A stretch of DNA of 63,999 nucleotides, filler included, from Malassezia furfur (Eukaryota): assembly GCA_052055015.1 (NCBI GenBank). It is 10 parts of 10 records of this genome, joined end to end, with 100 filler letters (N's around TTAATTAATTAA, not from the genome) between each part and the next. Parts side by side here need not be neighbours in the genome. Positions count along the whole stretch, not along the records: positions 1 to 6,474 come from JBQJIT010000542.1; positions 6,575 to 13,046 come from JBQJIT010000543.1; 8 more parts are not named here. One strand, written 5' to 3'. The position numbers were made by a program, and so were the translations under genes. Shown here piece after piece: positions 1-11,653 of the stretch. Position 1 is the stretch's first letter, and each line of letters opens with the position of its first letter. The notes under the pieces were generated by a model, which worked only from the letters and a program-made list of their open reading frames with translations, did no database searches and was not told the origin of the DNA.

Positions 1-3000
1 CGTCCGACGGCCCAGCGTATTCGCCATGAATTTCTACCGGGATGGTTTTGCCGTGGACCACATCCGTGAATGTTTGTGACAAGGTGGCCAGACCGTGATT
101 GCTATCCTGATGTTGCAGGCGGCCGGTTAGAGAAAGGCTTGTGGTCGACAGTGGCTGTAATACGAAGCTGGACGCCGCAGCAACCGGACCGAGGTTGGTG
201 TTGTTCCGCCATGCGGTTGTGCCAAATCGTGAGAGCTGGACACCAACCTGGGATGGATTATTAATGACGGCCTGGGCGGTAAGGTGGATACCACCAGCAG
301 GGTCATTTGAGGGCAGGTCGTACGCAGAGATACTCACCGCATTCTTAAGGTTGTTAAATCCAGTGAGAATCACTCTCTTCGAGATGGTCATGCCCGGTGT
401 GGTAATCCCAATGGCATCCACCGCGAGACCCTCGCCATTGATGTCCCACACGAAGCTTGGTTGCGTCACCAAGAACTTGGTAAATGCGGTGAGGGCGTCT
501 GAATCGGCAACAGCAAAGTCAGCCTCCAGGTCCAATTGAGCTCCTTCTTCGGCAGCGAGCTGGATGTCAGGCATGGCAATCTGGCCAAGCACTTTGTTGT
601 TCCACGCCAGCTGCAAGCCTTTAGTGAATTTTATCACGGCATCAAACGGTCCCGCGTTGGTAATGGAGCCGACCATGTGTACCTGAAACCTGGTTTGCGT
701 CGGGTTTAAGATCGTCACACGGTCAATCACCAGGTTAGACCCGTCGATGATCTTCTGGACAATTGGCTTGGCAAGGACAGGGAGCAACAGGTTCAGCGAG
801 TTGTCCGTTTTCATAGGTACATTCTGCTGAGAAAACGTCAGCGGCGTCACGTAGTCCCCAATTCGGGCCTGTGACACAATTTCCAGATTGGCCGAAGCCA
901 CGGAAAAGGCCTTGTCGACAAAGTTGGGCAAATTGAAGCCCGTGTACATGTTGGTCTTCCGCTTAGACAAAGAGTGCACCGACGACCCGTGGAGCGTCTC
1001 TTCCTGTACCGATCGCTTAGACACTTTTCGGTCACTGTTGGCAGTCGTCGTCGGCGAGTAGGTATAGCCGCCAATGCTCACGATCCCATCGAGCTGCCGC
1101 ACATCCTCTCCGGCCTGCAACGCCAACACACGCACCAGCGCGAACATATCTGGTGGATACAAGTTCAGGTGCAGCGGGATCTCGGGTGAGGTCGTCACTG
1201 CCTTCCCTGGCGCGGAGAATTCGAGGTCTGTGTCAATCTGTGCCACGAAAATGCCATGGATCGTCACGTTTGAAGAAATGTGGGTAATGTCCAGCGCCGC
1301 CGTGAAAGGGTTATTGAGGTTGACTGTAGCATGGGCCACATCGTCCTGGATACCAGTCGTGTTAAGAACTTGAAGGGCAGCTTGTTGCACCAGTTCCGTT
1401 CTGAGGCCACCCAGTGTCGAGTTGATACGCATGGCAGAGAATGCAGGCACAAGCGACGTAATGGGTATCGAACCATCATAGCCGGAAATGTTCACAGCCG
1501 TATCCATGCCACTCACGTAGCGGTTTAGCATTTCGTAGCCATAAGGACTGACCTTCGGATTGAACACCGAGGTAGCCGTGATGTTGTTCTCGCCGATGAC
1601 CAGGTTAAGGTCCTTTAACAGCACGTCGCCGATGACGTCGTGGTTGACAAGCAGTAATGTCACATTCCCAGATTGGATGTTGACATTCGATGGATTAAAG
1701 ATGGTAGTATTCACTGCAAGTACCATTCCATCGTTCGTACCCCCAACCACGTCAATCCCATTGATCGTCGTTGGGTAGTGGTTCAGACCTTGCAGACCGA
1801 GCAGCCCACTTTGGACCGAGAAATTGATGCCATTAAGTACAATGCGCCCCACAGGTGTGTCTGTCACTGCAACAGATGATCCATTGAAAAGCTTGGAGTC
1901 CTTTTCAGCAAAAACAAATTCCTTCTGGAAATATTCGAACTCGCGACGAGCCGCATCGGTCCGTGCTGGAAGGCGCATCGTCGAAGGACGCAGGGTCAGG
2001 TACAGCGTTCCTGCAGTCTGACCCGAAGCAACAATGTCCAGTTGCGTCTCCGAGTTGGAATAGACACCATCGACCACCGCCATTGGTGTATTCGTAACCT
2101 CGTCCACCAGCGTGATTTCGTTCTTGGCGGAGACAATGTTCAGTGGAAAACCAAAGGGCAAACCAATGTCAGCACTCAGACTGTCAGACGACACGGTCGG
2201 AGCGTAGGGGTCCGAGTCAGCGTAGTAGGACAGGTTGAACTGCTTGATGACAATGCTCTTAATAGGGTTGATTAGGATCGGAGATTTGAAAGGCACTTGG
2301 ATGGTGAGCGCCTGAATGCCTCTTTGCAGCCAGTCTGGCGTGACCCCGCTCGCGGTGGTGACGCTCCTACCGACGGCCTGCGTCGGCGAAATCTCCCCGT
2401 TGATGTAGCGGGTCATCAATTCACCCAAAATGCCCAAGGCTGTTTGGTTATTTGACTGGGGCAAAAGCCGGCCTTGCAAAGCAATGACATTGACACTGGG
2501 CGTTAAATTCACATTCGGTGCGTAGGCAGGGCCCAGTAACAAGCCTTTGTAGTACAAGTCGAGTTCAAGACGCCCCAGCTGCATGCCGAACGGGGACGGA
2601 TTTCTCAGCATCGTAGTGGCATAAAATGCAATGCCCCCATCTTTGTCGGCATTCGGTAGCTGAAAATCGACAATCTCCACGTCCTTGAAGTTGTCAATAC
2701 CGTTGAACACCACGTCCTTGGTCAGTTTTAGATTGGACCAAGTGGGGAGGAACGATAGCGCTTCAATATGGAGGTCCGGGCAAAACAGCCGCCACGTAAA
2801 CTCCTCATGTGTGATCATGAACTGGGTAAAACGGGCAAACATCTCCGTGTCGTCGATATGGAAGACCGTTTTTTGTTTGATTCGCCCATGGCCAGCAGCG
2901 ACACCAATGTAGTCCAGATCGAAGTGGCCCAATTGTACTTCCCGCATCTCGCCATCCTCCGGAGGTGTCATCCACAGCACCTGTGTTGGCTTTCGGAAAT

Positions 3001-3391
3001 AAAGATGAGCGGGGAAGACGCCCGCCTTCTTCACCTGACCCTCCAGTGACAGTGGGAAGTAGTCATTGTGTGGGTCCGTGATGTTGGACGAGTAGATGTG
3101 CATGACTGACACATTGAGTGTATGATTTGCGATCGCATAGAGAACAGGAAGGAGGATAATGACCAAGCTAATAAGGAACGTCACAGGAAGAACAACGAGC
3201 GTGATAAACAAAAATGTTTTTGACACGAGCTTCTTGGCATATGGGGTGCCTCTTGCGGCAAGGAAACCGATCGGCTGCCCAGGCTGATGAAAGCCAGTCA
3301 GCCCTGACGTGCCAAATGGCGCATCTGCGTCATTTTCGTGAAGTGGTTGGGTAGGGATCCGGCGCCGCACGCCGTTATCAAACCTCTTCAT
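1..3391 (-). CDS. DUF3712 (Tag1/LEA2-like repeat) single-pass membrane protein, 5' part; runs off the window start
   Basis: Hand translation from ATG 3391: MKRFDNGVRRRIP...TFLFITLVVLPVTFLISLVIILLPVLYAIA (TM), then LSLEGQVKKAGVFPA, FARFTQFMITHEEFTWRL, LTKDVVFNGIDNF, LRNPSPFGMQLGRL. The frame was open wherever checked (e.g. 720-960). Absent from the ORF track because it has no stop in the window. Confidence 0.8.
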   Translation of the reverse strand, partial: MKRFDNGVRRRIPTQPLHENDADAPFGTSGLTGFHQPGQPIGFLAARGTPYAKKLVSKTFLFITLVVLPVTFLISLVIILLPVLYAIANHTLNVSVMHIYSSNITDPHNDYFPLSLEGQVKKAGVFPAHLYFRKPTQVLWMTPPEDGEMREVQLGHFDLDYIGVAAGHGRIKQKTVFHIDDTEMFARFTQFMITHEEFTWRLFCPDLHIEALSFLPTWSNLKLTKDVVFNGIDNFKDVEIVDFQLPNADKDGGIAFYATTMLRNPSPFGMQLGRLELDLYYKGLLLGPAYAPNVNLTPSVNVIALQGRLLPQSNNQTALGILGELMTRYINGEISPTQAVGRSVTTASGVTPDWLQRGIQALTIQVPFKSPILINPIKSIVIKQFNLSYYADSDPYAPTVSSDSLSADIGLPFGFPLNIVSAKNEITLVDEVTNTPMAVVDGVYSNSETQLDIVASGQTAGTLYLTLRPSTMRLPARTDAARREFEYFQKEFVFAEKDSKLFNGSSVAVTDTPVGRIVLNGINFSVQSGLLGLQGLNHYPTTINGIDVVGGTNDGMVLAVNTTIFNPSNVNIQSGNVTLLLVNHDVIGDVLLKDLNLVIGENNITATSVFNPKVSPYGYEMLNRYVSGMDTAVNISGYDGSIPITSLVPAFSAMRINSTLGGLRTELVQQAALQVLNTTGIQDDVAHATVNLNNPFTAALDITHISSNVTIHGIFVAQIDTDLEFSAPGKAVTTSPEIPLHLNLYPPDMFALVRVLALQAGEDVRQLDGIVSIGGYTYSPTTTANSDRKVSKRSVQEETLHGSSVHSLSKRKTNMYTGFNLPNFVDKAFSVASANLEIVSQARIGDYVTPLTFSQQNVPMKTDNSLNLLLPVLAKPIVQKIIDGSNLVIDRVTILNPTQTRFQVHMVGSITNAGPFDAVIKFTKGLQLAWNNKVLGQIAMPDIQLAAEEGAQLDLEADFAVADSDALTAFTKFLVTQPSFVWDINGEGLAVDAIGITTPGMTISKRVILTGFNNLKNAVSISAYDLPSNDPAGGIHLTAQAVINNPSQVGVQLSRFGTTAWRNNTNLGPVAAASSFVLQPLSTTSLSLTGRLQHQDSNHGLATLSQTFTDVVHGKTIPVEIHGEYAGPSD

Positions 3392-3624
3392 GTGTCACGC
3401 GCGCAAAAGTGATGGGCAGGCTGATCCCTCCACTACCGGCGTCATTACATGTCCGGAGCGTCCTCCCTGACAAATCAGGTAGTTCTCATTTAGTGTCTGG
3501 GGCTCCACCAGGGTCTAAACTTAGGCGCCACGGCCTCCACATGAGCTCATCCTTAAGGCTAGGACCCTGGCAAGGGCAATGGGCCCACCAGCCTTCCGCA
3601 GTCGCTGGGTAGAATGCATGACGT

Positions 3625-4533
3625 CTACGAAGCTTGTGCACGCTCTACTTCGACACCATCGACCAAAACGCGATCGAGCACGTCCACACCATCGATTTTG
3701 GTTGCAAAGTACGTGAGCAGCGAAGGTGGTGCCAACTCGATGTTGCGCTGAAATGTATGCGCGAGCTGCGCAGAGACACGACCACCAACCTGAGGTAGCG
3801 TAAGATCCATAGACCTGTCTTGCCTTTGAAGCTGCTCTTCAATAGAGGTAAGTCGCACGTCCGGCAAGCCACATGCCACGATGTTTTGGAAGCCTTGGAG
3901 AGCAGTGTTGAGCACGTTCAAAGCGAAGCCATGCGACGTAATCCGATGCCGAACATGCACGCCGAGAGATGCAATTTTGTGTGTATCGTCGACCCAGATG
4001 CCTGTATATTTCGCCTCTGCACTGGGTGCCACTTGGGTGGGAACAGCGATCGGAGGCGACTCAAGAGCGGCACGAAGACTCTGCTGTAGACGATCGATGT
4101 AGCAGCGTGCCGAAAGACCCATTGCTCCAAGGTCTAGAATAGGGTATCCCACGAGCTGACCTGGTCCATGGTAGGTCAGCAGGCCGCCACGCTGTGTATG
4201 AAAGACATCGGCTTTCAACCCAGACGCAGACACGCCCATAACTGCCGCATCATTGCGCTTCCCCAGCGTGTATACGGGAGTGTGCTCCAAAAGAAGAAGA
4301 ATATCGGTATTGGCAACACGGCGTGACTGCGCAAGGTTCTCCGGCAAGTCTTCATCCCCATAAAGGGGGGTTTGTGCGGCGCGGAGTTCGGCGCGGGCGC
4401 GGGCGCGGCGGGCAACGAGGTGCTCCTGCAGTCCTAGACCAACTGCATAGGGTACGCGGTACGGGACATAACTGCACAGGATAGGCCCCTGTACTGCACG
4501 GGTGGCCGTGCGTGCGGTCGACGCGCACGCCAT
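3625..4533 (-). CDS. LIP2: Mitochondrial lipoyl(octanoyl) transferase (LipB/LIP2)
   Basis: Motifs LLLEHTPVYTLGKR, RGGLLTYHGPGQLVGYPI, KIASLGVH, TSHGFALN, IVACGL; likely ATG at 4533. Confidence 0.93.
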   Translation of the reverse strand: MACASTARTATRAVQGPILCSYVPYRVPYAVGLGLQEHLVARRARARAELRAAQTPLYGDEDLPENLAQSRRVANTDILLLLEHTPVYTLGKRNDAAVMGVSASGLKADVFHTQRGGLLTYHGPGQLVGYPILDLGAMGLSARCYIDRLQQSLRAALESPPIAVPTQVAPSAEAKYTGIWVDDTHKIASLGVHVRHRITSHGFALNVLNTALQGFQNIVACGLPDVRLTSIEEQLQRQDRSMDLTLPQVGGRVSAQLAHTFQRNIELAPPSLLTYFATKIDGVDVLDRVLVDGVEVERAQAS

Positions 4534-4654
4534 GATGGAAGAGGACCTCCACACTGAGTGACAGCCGAACACCCATAAAATCCTCACAATTGGAAGAAAA
4601 GGTAACCAAATTGCCTAGATACGAGAAATGCGGATGAGAGTATGGATGATGGCG

Positions 4655-6474
4655 TTAGGCCGAAGAAGAGACCTGTTGGGATGCTCGGTTATTCCTTTGG
4701 CTGCTCGTCTTTGAGCTTGCCGATCGTTGCGGTGACGAAACCGCACGTGTGCTCGAGCTTCTCGCTGCAGACGCCGATGCCGCTGACGCAGCGGACGACG
4801 AGGCTGCTGCCGCCGTAGAGCTTGTGCTTGCTGCTGACAATCTGCTTGCGCTTGCTGACGATGCGGCGACCTTTCCGGCCGCTGTATTGGAGCTGCAATC
4901 GGCGGTGTGGATCAGGGAGAGCGGGAGCTTTTCGAGGGCACAGACGACCTGTTTCCACTCGGAGCTGGCCAGCTTGGCAATGCCTTCGGTGCCAAGCTTG
5001 GCGAAGCTTTCTGTGATCTTGGTCACGTCGCTAGACGAAACCTTGGTCAAGGCACCCAGTAACCCTTCGACGAGGCCTTCGATGGTGGTGATGTTGGCAA
5101 TAACGAGGTCGCCCACGGCTAGAGCATACGTAGTGAGCACGTCTTCCTCATTGTACCGGAACCCTTCTGCGACGTAGCCGTTGTCGTCGAGCATGAGCTC
5201 AACCAGCGTGAATACGTTGAGGTTCTTTCCAATGACGGGTAGCGAGCCAATCAGGCCCTGCGGCGCCAGGACATTGTGGATGGGGTCACACTTGTGGAAG
5301 CCGGGGTTCACCTTGGTCGCGGAGGCCGGTGGAATGCGACAGTTGGTCACCGCGTTGTCGGTGAACGTCGCCACAAAGGGCGTGTATGTACCATACTGGG
5401 ATGCGTCGCTCTGGATACGCTGGAAAGTTTGTGAGACGGGGAAGTCGTTCCGGAATGTGAGCGCAATGTAGATGTAAGGGCGGAAACCAGGGGCAGAGAA
5501 CAGCGTGAGCGCATCAAAGTAAGAGTCGATCTGGTTGAGCACACGAATGGCAATGCCCGGCACCGAGCTAGCCACGTATGTCCCTTCCAAGGCCGGGATC
5601 AGGGAGGCGAACGGCGAAAGCGGTGGATCGGCGTTCGCGATGCCTTTGATCACAACAGGCGTCTCGTACGGGATCGACACAGGACCATGGCCCGGCTGCG
5701 GTTGCGCATAGCGCTGCAAGAGTTCTTGTGCGTTTGTGTCGTTCGCATTGTCGGGCTGGTAGCGCACGATCGTGTCCAGGTGGTTGTAGCCCGGCGCAAT
5801 GACCTTGTTGTTCAACAGTGCGCGACCAACGTAGGTGTTCTTGTAGAAGGACGGTAGCGAAATCCCAGTTGTATGCACAGTGATGTTGCTAGGATTGTGC
5901 AGGATCAGCTTACCCGTGTTGTCCAGGTACTTGGACGTGCCTTGCTTGACGTCCAGACGCTGGAGTGTCGCGTTTCGAGTAAATGAGTCGAACCCGCCCA
6001 GGCTGGTGGTGACATTGAAAGGAATCCCACTGATGGGGATGTTGCCAATCACCATCTTCGCAATCAGCCCTGCCGTGCCAGACACCCCCAGCGACGCACG
6101 CGGCGTATCCAGCAGCTGTGCAAACAATGCCATAAACGCCGAGTGGTCCTGGGCAACAAGGGGTACACTTTTCCAGGACAAAATCAGCGGCTCATGGTCG
6201 TTGGGCCCACGCGAGGTTCCTGCACGAGCCGTGCGCATCGACAAGGTGAGCGTTGCAGCAACCGCATTCTGATAGCTGAGCTTGGCGTCCAATGATGCCT
6301 TGAGAGGCGTCAGGCTGAACTGGAACGGGTTCGCATACACTGCCACCGACTGGTTCGAGCCGGTCAACGGTGCCCAGGTCTGTGACTGCTGCATGAGAGT
6401 GACATACAGGTCAGAGATGGTCACCGAGTACACAATCTTGTAAATGTGACCCGGCAGGACAAGATCGAGCGTAA
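4655..6474 (-). CDS. DUF3712-family protein, C-terminal part with Ser/Ala-rich tail (5'-truncated by contig end)
   Basis: YANPFQFSL, IGNIPISGIPFNVTTSLGG and LHNPSNITV repeats typical of large basidiomycete DUF3712 proteins; frame open to the contig edge at 6474. Confidence 0.75.
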
Positions 6475-6574
6475 NNNNNNNNNNNNNNNNNNNNNNNNNN
6501 NNNNNNNNNNNNNNNNNNTTAATTAATTAANNNNNNNNNNNNNNNNNNNNNNNNNNNNNNNNNNNNNNNNNNNN
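6475..6574. other. Artificial contig linker N44-TTAATTAATTAA-N44
   Basis: Identical 100-nt spacer with stops in all six frames; recurs at 13047, 19616, 26174, 32732, 39197, 45643, 52030 and 58406. Confidence 0.99.
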
Positions 6575-6665
6575 CTATGTGGCTCGGACCCTACGCGCTC
6601 TGCTGTCACTCTCCACATGCGCCGCCCGCGCGCGGCCGCCGGCGGCCACGCGGGCCAGCAGCGCC

Positions 6666-9553
6666 TTAAAACAGGCCAACCACCTGGCCCTCGTCGTCCA
6701 AATCGATATCGTAGTAGCCGGGGCGCGTGCTCAGCCCAGGCATGGTCTGCATCGCGCCACACAGCGGGTACAGGAAGCGTGCGCCCGCCGACAGCCGCAC
6801 GGACCGGATCGGGACCGTAAAGCCCGTCGGGCGGCCCTTGAGCAGCGGGTCGTGCGACAGCGAGAGGTGCGTCTTGGCCATGCAGATCGGCAGGTGCGCA
6901 TACCCCTGGCGCGTATAGGTGTCGATTTGCGCACGCGCCTCGGGCAGGACCTCGATGCCGTCCGCACCGTACATGGCGCGCGCAATCGTCGCAATCTTGT
7001 CCTCGATCGGCTGGTCCAGCGCGTAGAGGAACTGGAACTGCGACTCGCTGTCCTGTAGCTGCGCAATCACCGCCTTGGCCAAATCCACGGCGCCCGCACC
7101 GCCGCACGCCCAGTGGTCCGACGGCACCGCCGCATCCGCACCAGCACGCAGCGCCTCGTCGACCACGAGCTGCGTCTCGGCGGGGGTGTCGGTCGCAAAC
7201 GTGTTCACCGCGACGACCACCTTGAGCCCATGGCGCTTGGCATTCTCAATGTGCTTCGCGAGGTTGGTGCACCCGGCGCGCAGCAGCTCGAGGTTCTCCT
7301 GCGTGTACACATCGCTGAGCGGCTTGCCGGGCGACACGTCGGGGCCGCCGCCGTGCGACTTGAGCGCACGCACGGTCGCGACCAGCACCACGGCGTCGGG
7401 CACGAGCCCGCTCTCGCGGCACTTGATGTTGCAGAACTTCTCCATGCCGATGTCCGCGCCAAAGCCGGCCTCGGTGATCACGTAGCCAATGCGGCTCGTC
7501 GGCTCGTTCGCCTCGCGGCCCGCCAGCTTCAGCGCGATGGCATCGGCAAGGATCGACGAGTTGCCATGCGCAATGTTCGCAAAGGGGCCCGCGTGCACAA
7601 ACACGGGCGTGCCCTCGAGCGTCTGCATGAGGTTCGGCTTGATGGCGTCCTTCATGAGCACGGCGAGCGCACCGCCGACGCCGAGGTCGTCGGCCGTGAC
7701 CGGCTCGCCACGCTTGTTCGAGCCGATCACCATGTCGCCGAGGCGCGCGCGCATGTCCTTCAAGTCGCGGCTCAGCGCCAGGACGGCCATGCACTCGGAC
7801 GCGACCGCAATGTCAAAGCCCGTGTGCCGCGTCAGGCCCTTTTCGGTGGGCGCCTCGCCCACGGTGATCTCACGCAGGTACCGGTCGTTGGTGTCCGTCA
7901 CGCGCCGCCACGTCACGCTCGCGGGGTCGATGTCCAGGCGCGCAAACCGCACCTTTTCCTCGTCGGTGAGCGAGTCGGGGTCCGTCTTGTGGATGCCGAG
8001 CTTCGCGAGACGCTTCAGCATCACCGGCGAAAAGGTGCGCACGCCCTTCTTCGCGGGACACAGCCGGTCGAACAGCGGGCCGTCTTTCTGCGTGGCCTCG
8101 TGGAACATGCGCGTGTCGATCGCCGCGGCCAGCAGGTTGTTGGCCGCCTGCACCGCGTGGTTGTCACCGGTGAGGTGCAAGTTGAACTCCTCCATGGGGA
8201 TCACCTGCGCGTAGCCACCGCCGGCCGCACCACCCTTGATGCCAAACGTCGGGCCCTGCGACGGCTGCCGCACACACGCAAACGCGGGCTTGTTCAGGTG
8301 CGCGCCGAGCGCCTGGGCGAGGCCAATCGTCGTCGTCGACTTGCCCTCGCCGAGCGGCGTGGGCGTGATGCCCGCCACAACGATGTACTTGCCGTTGATG
8401 CGGTCGCGCAGGCGGTCGAGCACGCTCAAGCTCACCTTGGCCTTCACGTCGCCGTACGGCTCCAGCTCGCTGCTCAGCAGCCCAATCTCGTGCGCAATCT
8501 CGGCGATCGGGCGCGGCACCTGCGCGCGCGCAATCGCAATGTCGCTCGGCACGGGGCGCTCCAGCTTGAGCGGGTTCGGCGTGGTGACGGCCCGCGGGCG
8601 CGCTTGCAGCCGCACGCTGCGCCGCGTCGCCGCGATCAGCACATTCTCCATCAGCATCGCGACGGTCATGGGACCGACGCCGCCGGGCACCGGCGTGATC
8701 GCCGCCGCGACGGGCACCACCGACTCGTAGTTGACGTCGCCCACGAGGCGCTGCCCCGACTTCTTCGTGGCGTCCGGCACGTAGTTGGTGCCGACGTCAA
8801 TCACCACCGCGCCGGGCTTGATCCAGTCGGCCTCAACGAGGCGCGGCACGCCCACGGCCACCACCACAATGTCGGCCTGCTTCACGAGCTCCTTGACGTT
8901 CTGGCTCTTGGAATGCACCTGCGTCACGGTGCAGTTGCGTCCCCGCAACAGGCTCACCATCGGGTTGCCCACAATGTCGCTGCGGCCCATCACCACGGCG
9001 TGCTTGCCCGAGAGGTCGTCCAGCCCCGCATCCTTCAGCAGCGCCAGCACGCCCGCCGGCGTGCACGGGAAAAAGTTGGGGTTGCACGCGCGCGACGACA
9101 GCTGCCCAATGTTGAGCGTGTGGAAGCCATCCACGTCCTTGTCCGGCTGCACCAGCTCGGTGATGCGGCGCTCGGCGTCCGCGGAAATGTGGTCGCCCAG
9201 CGGCAGCTGCACCAGGATCCCGTCCACGCTGTCGTCCTCGTTCAGGCGGCGTACCTCGGCGGAGATGGTGTGCTCTGTCGCGTCGTCCGTCAGCTGCACA
9301 TGCGTCGCGCGGATGCCGCACTGCTCGGCGGCCTGCATCTTCATGCGGATGTAGGTCGACGAGGCACTCTGCTTGCCGACCTGCACGATCGCGAGGTGCG
9401 GCACGATCCCGTCGTACTCCGCCTTGAGTTTGGCGACGCGCTCGGCAACAGAGGTGCGGATCGATCTGCGGTGTGAGCGCGGGGCTGGGGTACCTACGCG
9501 GCGAGCTTCGTGCCGTCAATCCGCTTATCACGGTGCATGTCAACGTCGGTCAT
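6666..9553 (-). CDS. ADE3: C1-tetrahydrofolate synthase (trifunctional ADE3/MIS1), 2 exons
   Basis: [52 protein letters not shown] 9553 plus a 32-nt GT-AG intron (9466-9497) restores the [13 protein letters not shown]-terminus. Confidence 0.96.
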
Positions 9554-9735
9554 GATGCAGCGGCGGTCCAAAACACGCGGAATTCTACACGGACGGCGTG
9601 CGGACAAGGCGGTCCAGGAAAAGAGGCGCCGCGTTGCACGCAGCAGCATTTGCGCGTCCGGCGAACCAGTGTCGGGGAATTATCGTTGGACCGGCCGTGC
9701 CCGACGGCGCTGGCCACACTATAGGGGTACGGGGA

Positions 9736-10207
9736 CTAGTTGGCGGCCTCGAAGCGCGCCTTGCTTGCGGCAAACAGCTGCTCCTGCTGCCGCTGCAGCT
9801 CCTCCTCGGTGAGTCCGCTCATCTCGAACCGTGACGCCTTGCGCTCCCGTTCCTGATCGGTCAGCGTGCACGCGCCCACGTACCTTTTGGTGCTGCTTGT
9901 GGTCGTTGAGTACGTCTTGCACTTCGCGCGTATATTTCTCAAAGCCGAGGTCGACGAGCGCCTTGACGACGTGGTCCGGCGCAATCGTCTTCTTCGAGTC
10001 CTTTTCGCACGCCTCGTTGGCTTCGGATGAGACGAGGTGGATAAACTCGACACAGCATTCAATCAGGAGATCGCGCGTGTCTTTCGCGCAGCTCATGTCG
10101 TTTGGCAGGTAGTCTTGAATCAACTTCTGGATCGTGGCCTTGGGAAGCGACAGCTCCTCATCGTCCGGCGCGCCCGTTCCACCAAAATCCCGCTCGTCCT
10201 CCGACAT
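9736..10207 (-). CDS. NCB2: Negative cofactor 2 beta (Dr1/NCB2), 2 exons
   Basis: Histone-fold LSLPKATIQKLI...CCVEFIHLVSSEANEAC...KKTIAPDHV; a 31-nt intron (9853-9883) joins it to SGLTEEELQRQQEQLFAAS. Confidence 0.95.
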
Positions 10208-10320
10208 CGCGTTGCAACGCGTCGCGTCGCTCGCGCCCCCGCTCCACCCGGCCTGGGGCCACGTGACAAGTGGAAGGTGCCCTGCAGGTGCAGCGTGCTT
10301 CGGCCTATTACAGTTGCACC

Positions 10321-11631
10321 ATGACTCAGACGACAACCCCTCTGCACTTGGCCGATGCGCTGAACGAGCTCGATGACCGGCGCATTCAGAGCATCAAGCC
10401 GCGTACGTGGCGTGTGCTGACGCAGTGATCCCCCCGCAAATCCTCATGGAGGAGTACCCGCTCTCGATCGAGGCGGCCGAGACCGTGCTCACGGGGCGCC
10501 GCGACACGGAGGCGATCATCAAGCGCCAGCAGGACCGCCTCATTGTGATCGTCGGTCCGTGCTCGCTGCACGATGTGCGTGCGGGCCTCGAGTATGGTGC
10601 GTAGTGGCGTGCTCACTGACGCAGCGAACCGCCTCAAGGCGTACGCGGAGCAGGCCAAGGACGACCTGCACATCATCATGCGCGTCTACTTCGAGAAGCC
10701 GCGCACCACGGTGGGCTGGAAGGGCCTGATCAACGATCCGAACCTGGATGGCTCCTACCAAATCAACAAGGGCCTACGCCTTGCGCGCGGCTTCTTGCTC
10801 GAGGTCGCCAAGATCGGCCTTCCCGCGGGCACCGAGTTTTTGGACACCATCTCGCCGCAATACACCGCGGACCTGATCTCGTGGGGCGCGATTGGTGCGC
10901 GCACCACCGAGTCGCAGGTGCACCGTGAGCTGACGAGCGGCATGAGCATGCCGATCGGCTTCAAGAACGGCACGGACGGCTCGGTGTCGATTGCGGTGGA
11001 CGCGATCAAGTCGGCCTCGAGCCCGCATGCCTTCCTGTCGGTCACCAAGCAGGGCATCTCGGCGATTGTCGAGACCGCTGGCAACGACAGCTGCCACATC
11101 ATCCTGCGCGGCTCCAACAGCGGCCCGAACTATGCGCACGAGCACATCGAGAGCGCCTCGGCGGCGCTCGAGAAGAATTCGCTGTCGCCGCGCATCATGG
11201 TCGACTGCAGCCACGGCAACAGCGAGAAGAAGCACCAGAACCAGGTCAAGGTCGTGGACAGCATCGCCGAGCAGCTCGCGCAGGGCGACAGCAGCGCATG
11301 GAACATCTTTGGTGTGATGCTCGAGAGCCACCTCGTCGAGGGCAAGCAGAGCATGCCCCCGACCGGCCCCGCCGATCTGAAGTACGGCCAGTCGATCACG
11401 GACGGTACGTGCATTCGTCTAACGCAGCGTGCATCTCGTGGGAGACCACCATGCAGGCACTCGACAAGCTGCGCGAGGGGTACGTCGTCGCCCTACTGAC
11501 CCAGTGTGCGCGCGCGCCGCGCCAAGGCCCCGGCAAGTCTCAAGACGAACGGCCCGGTGGCCAACCCTTTCCCGCCGAGCCACGGCACGCCCGGCTTCAA
11601 CGACAGTGTGCTCGACACGCTCGGCAAGTAG
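10321..11631 (+). CDS. DAHP synthase class I (ARO3/ARO4 family), 5 exons
   Basis: VGPCSLHD, MRVYFEKPRTTVGWKGLINDP, GAIGARTTESQVHRE, VDCSHGNS, YGQSITDACISW after removing introns 10403-10425, 10597-10624, 11405-11427 and 11480-11504. Confidence 0.95.
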
Positions 11632-11653
11632 GCTCAGCGTTGCGCCGACCCCT

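Noticed and set aside
2270..2278. GATTAGGAT telomere-like 9-mer as a telomerase template or interstitial telomere
   Set aside because: Single occurrence inside a coding sequence; shows such short matches arise by chance.
7113..9476. 787-aa antisense ORF over ADE3 (likewise 20649-23057 over GFA1, 35737-38382 over HEM1, 56026-57846)
   Set aside because: Shadow ORFs produced by high GC3 codon bias on the coding strand; R/H/A-rich with no motifs.
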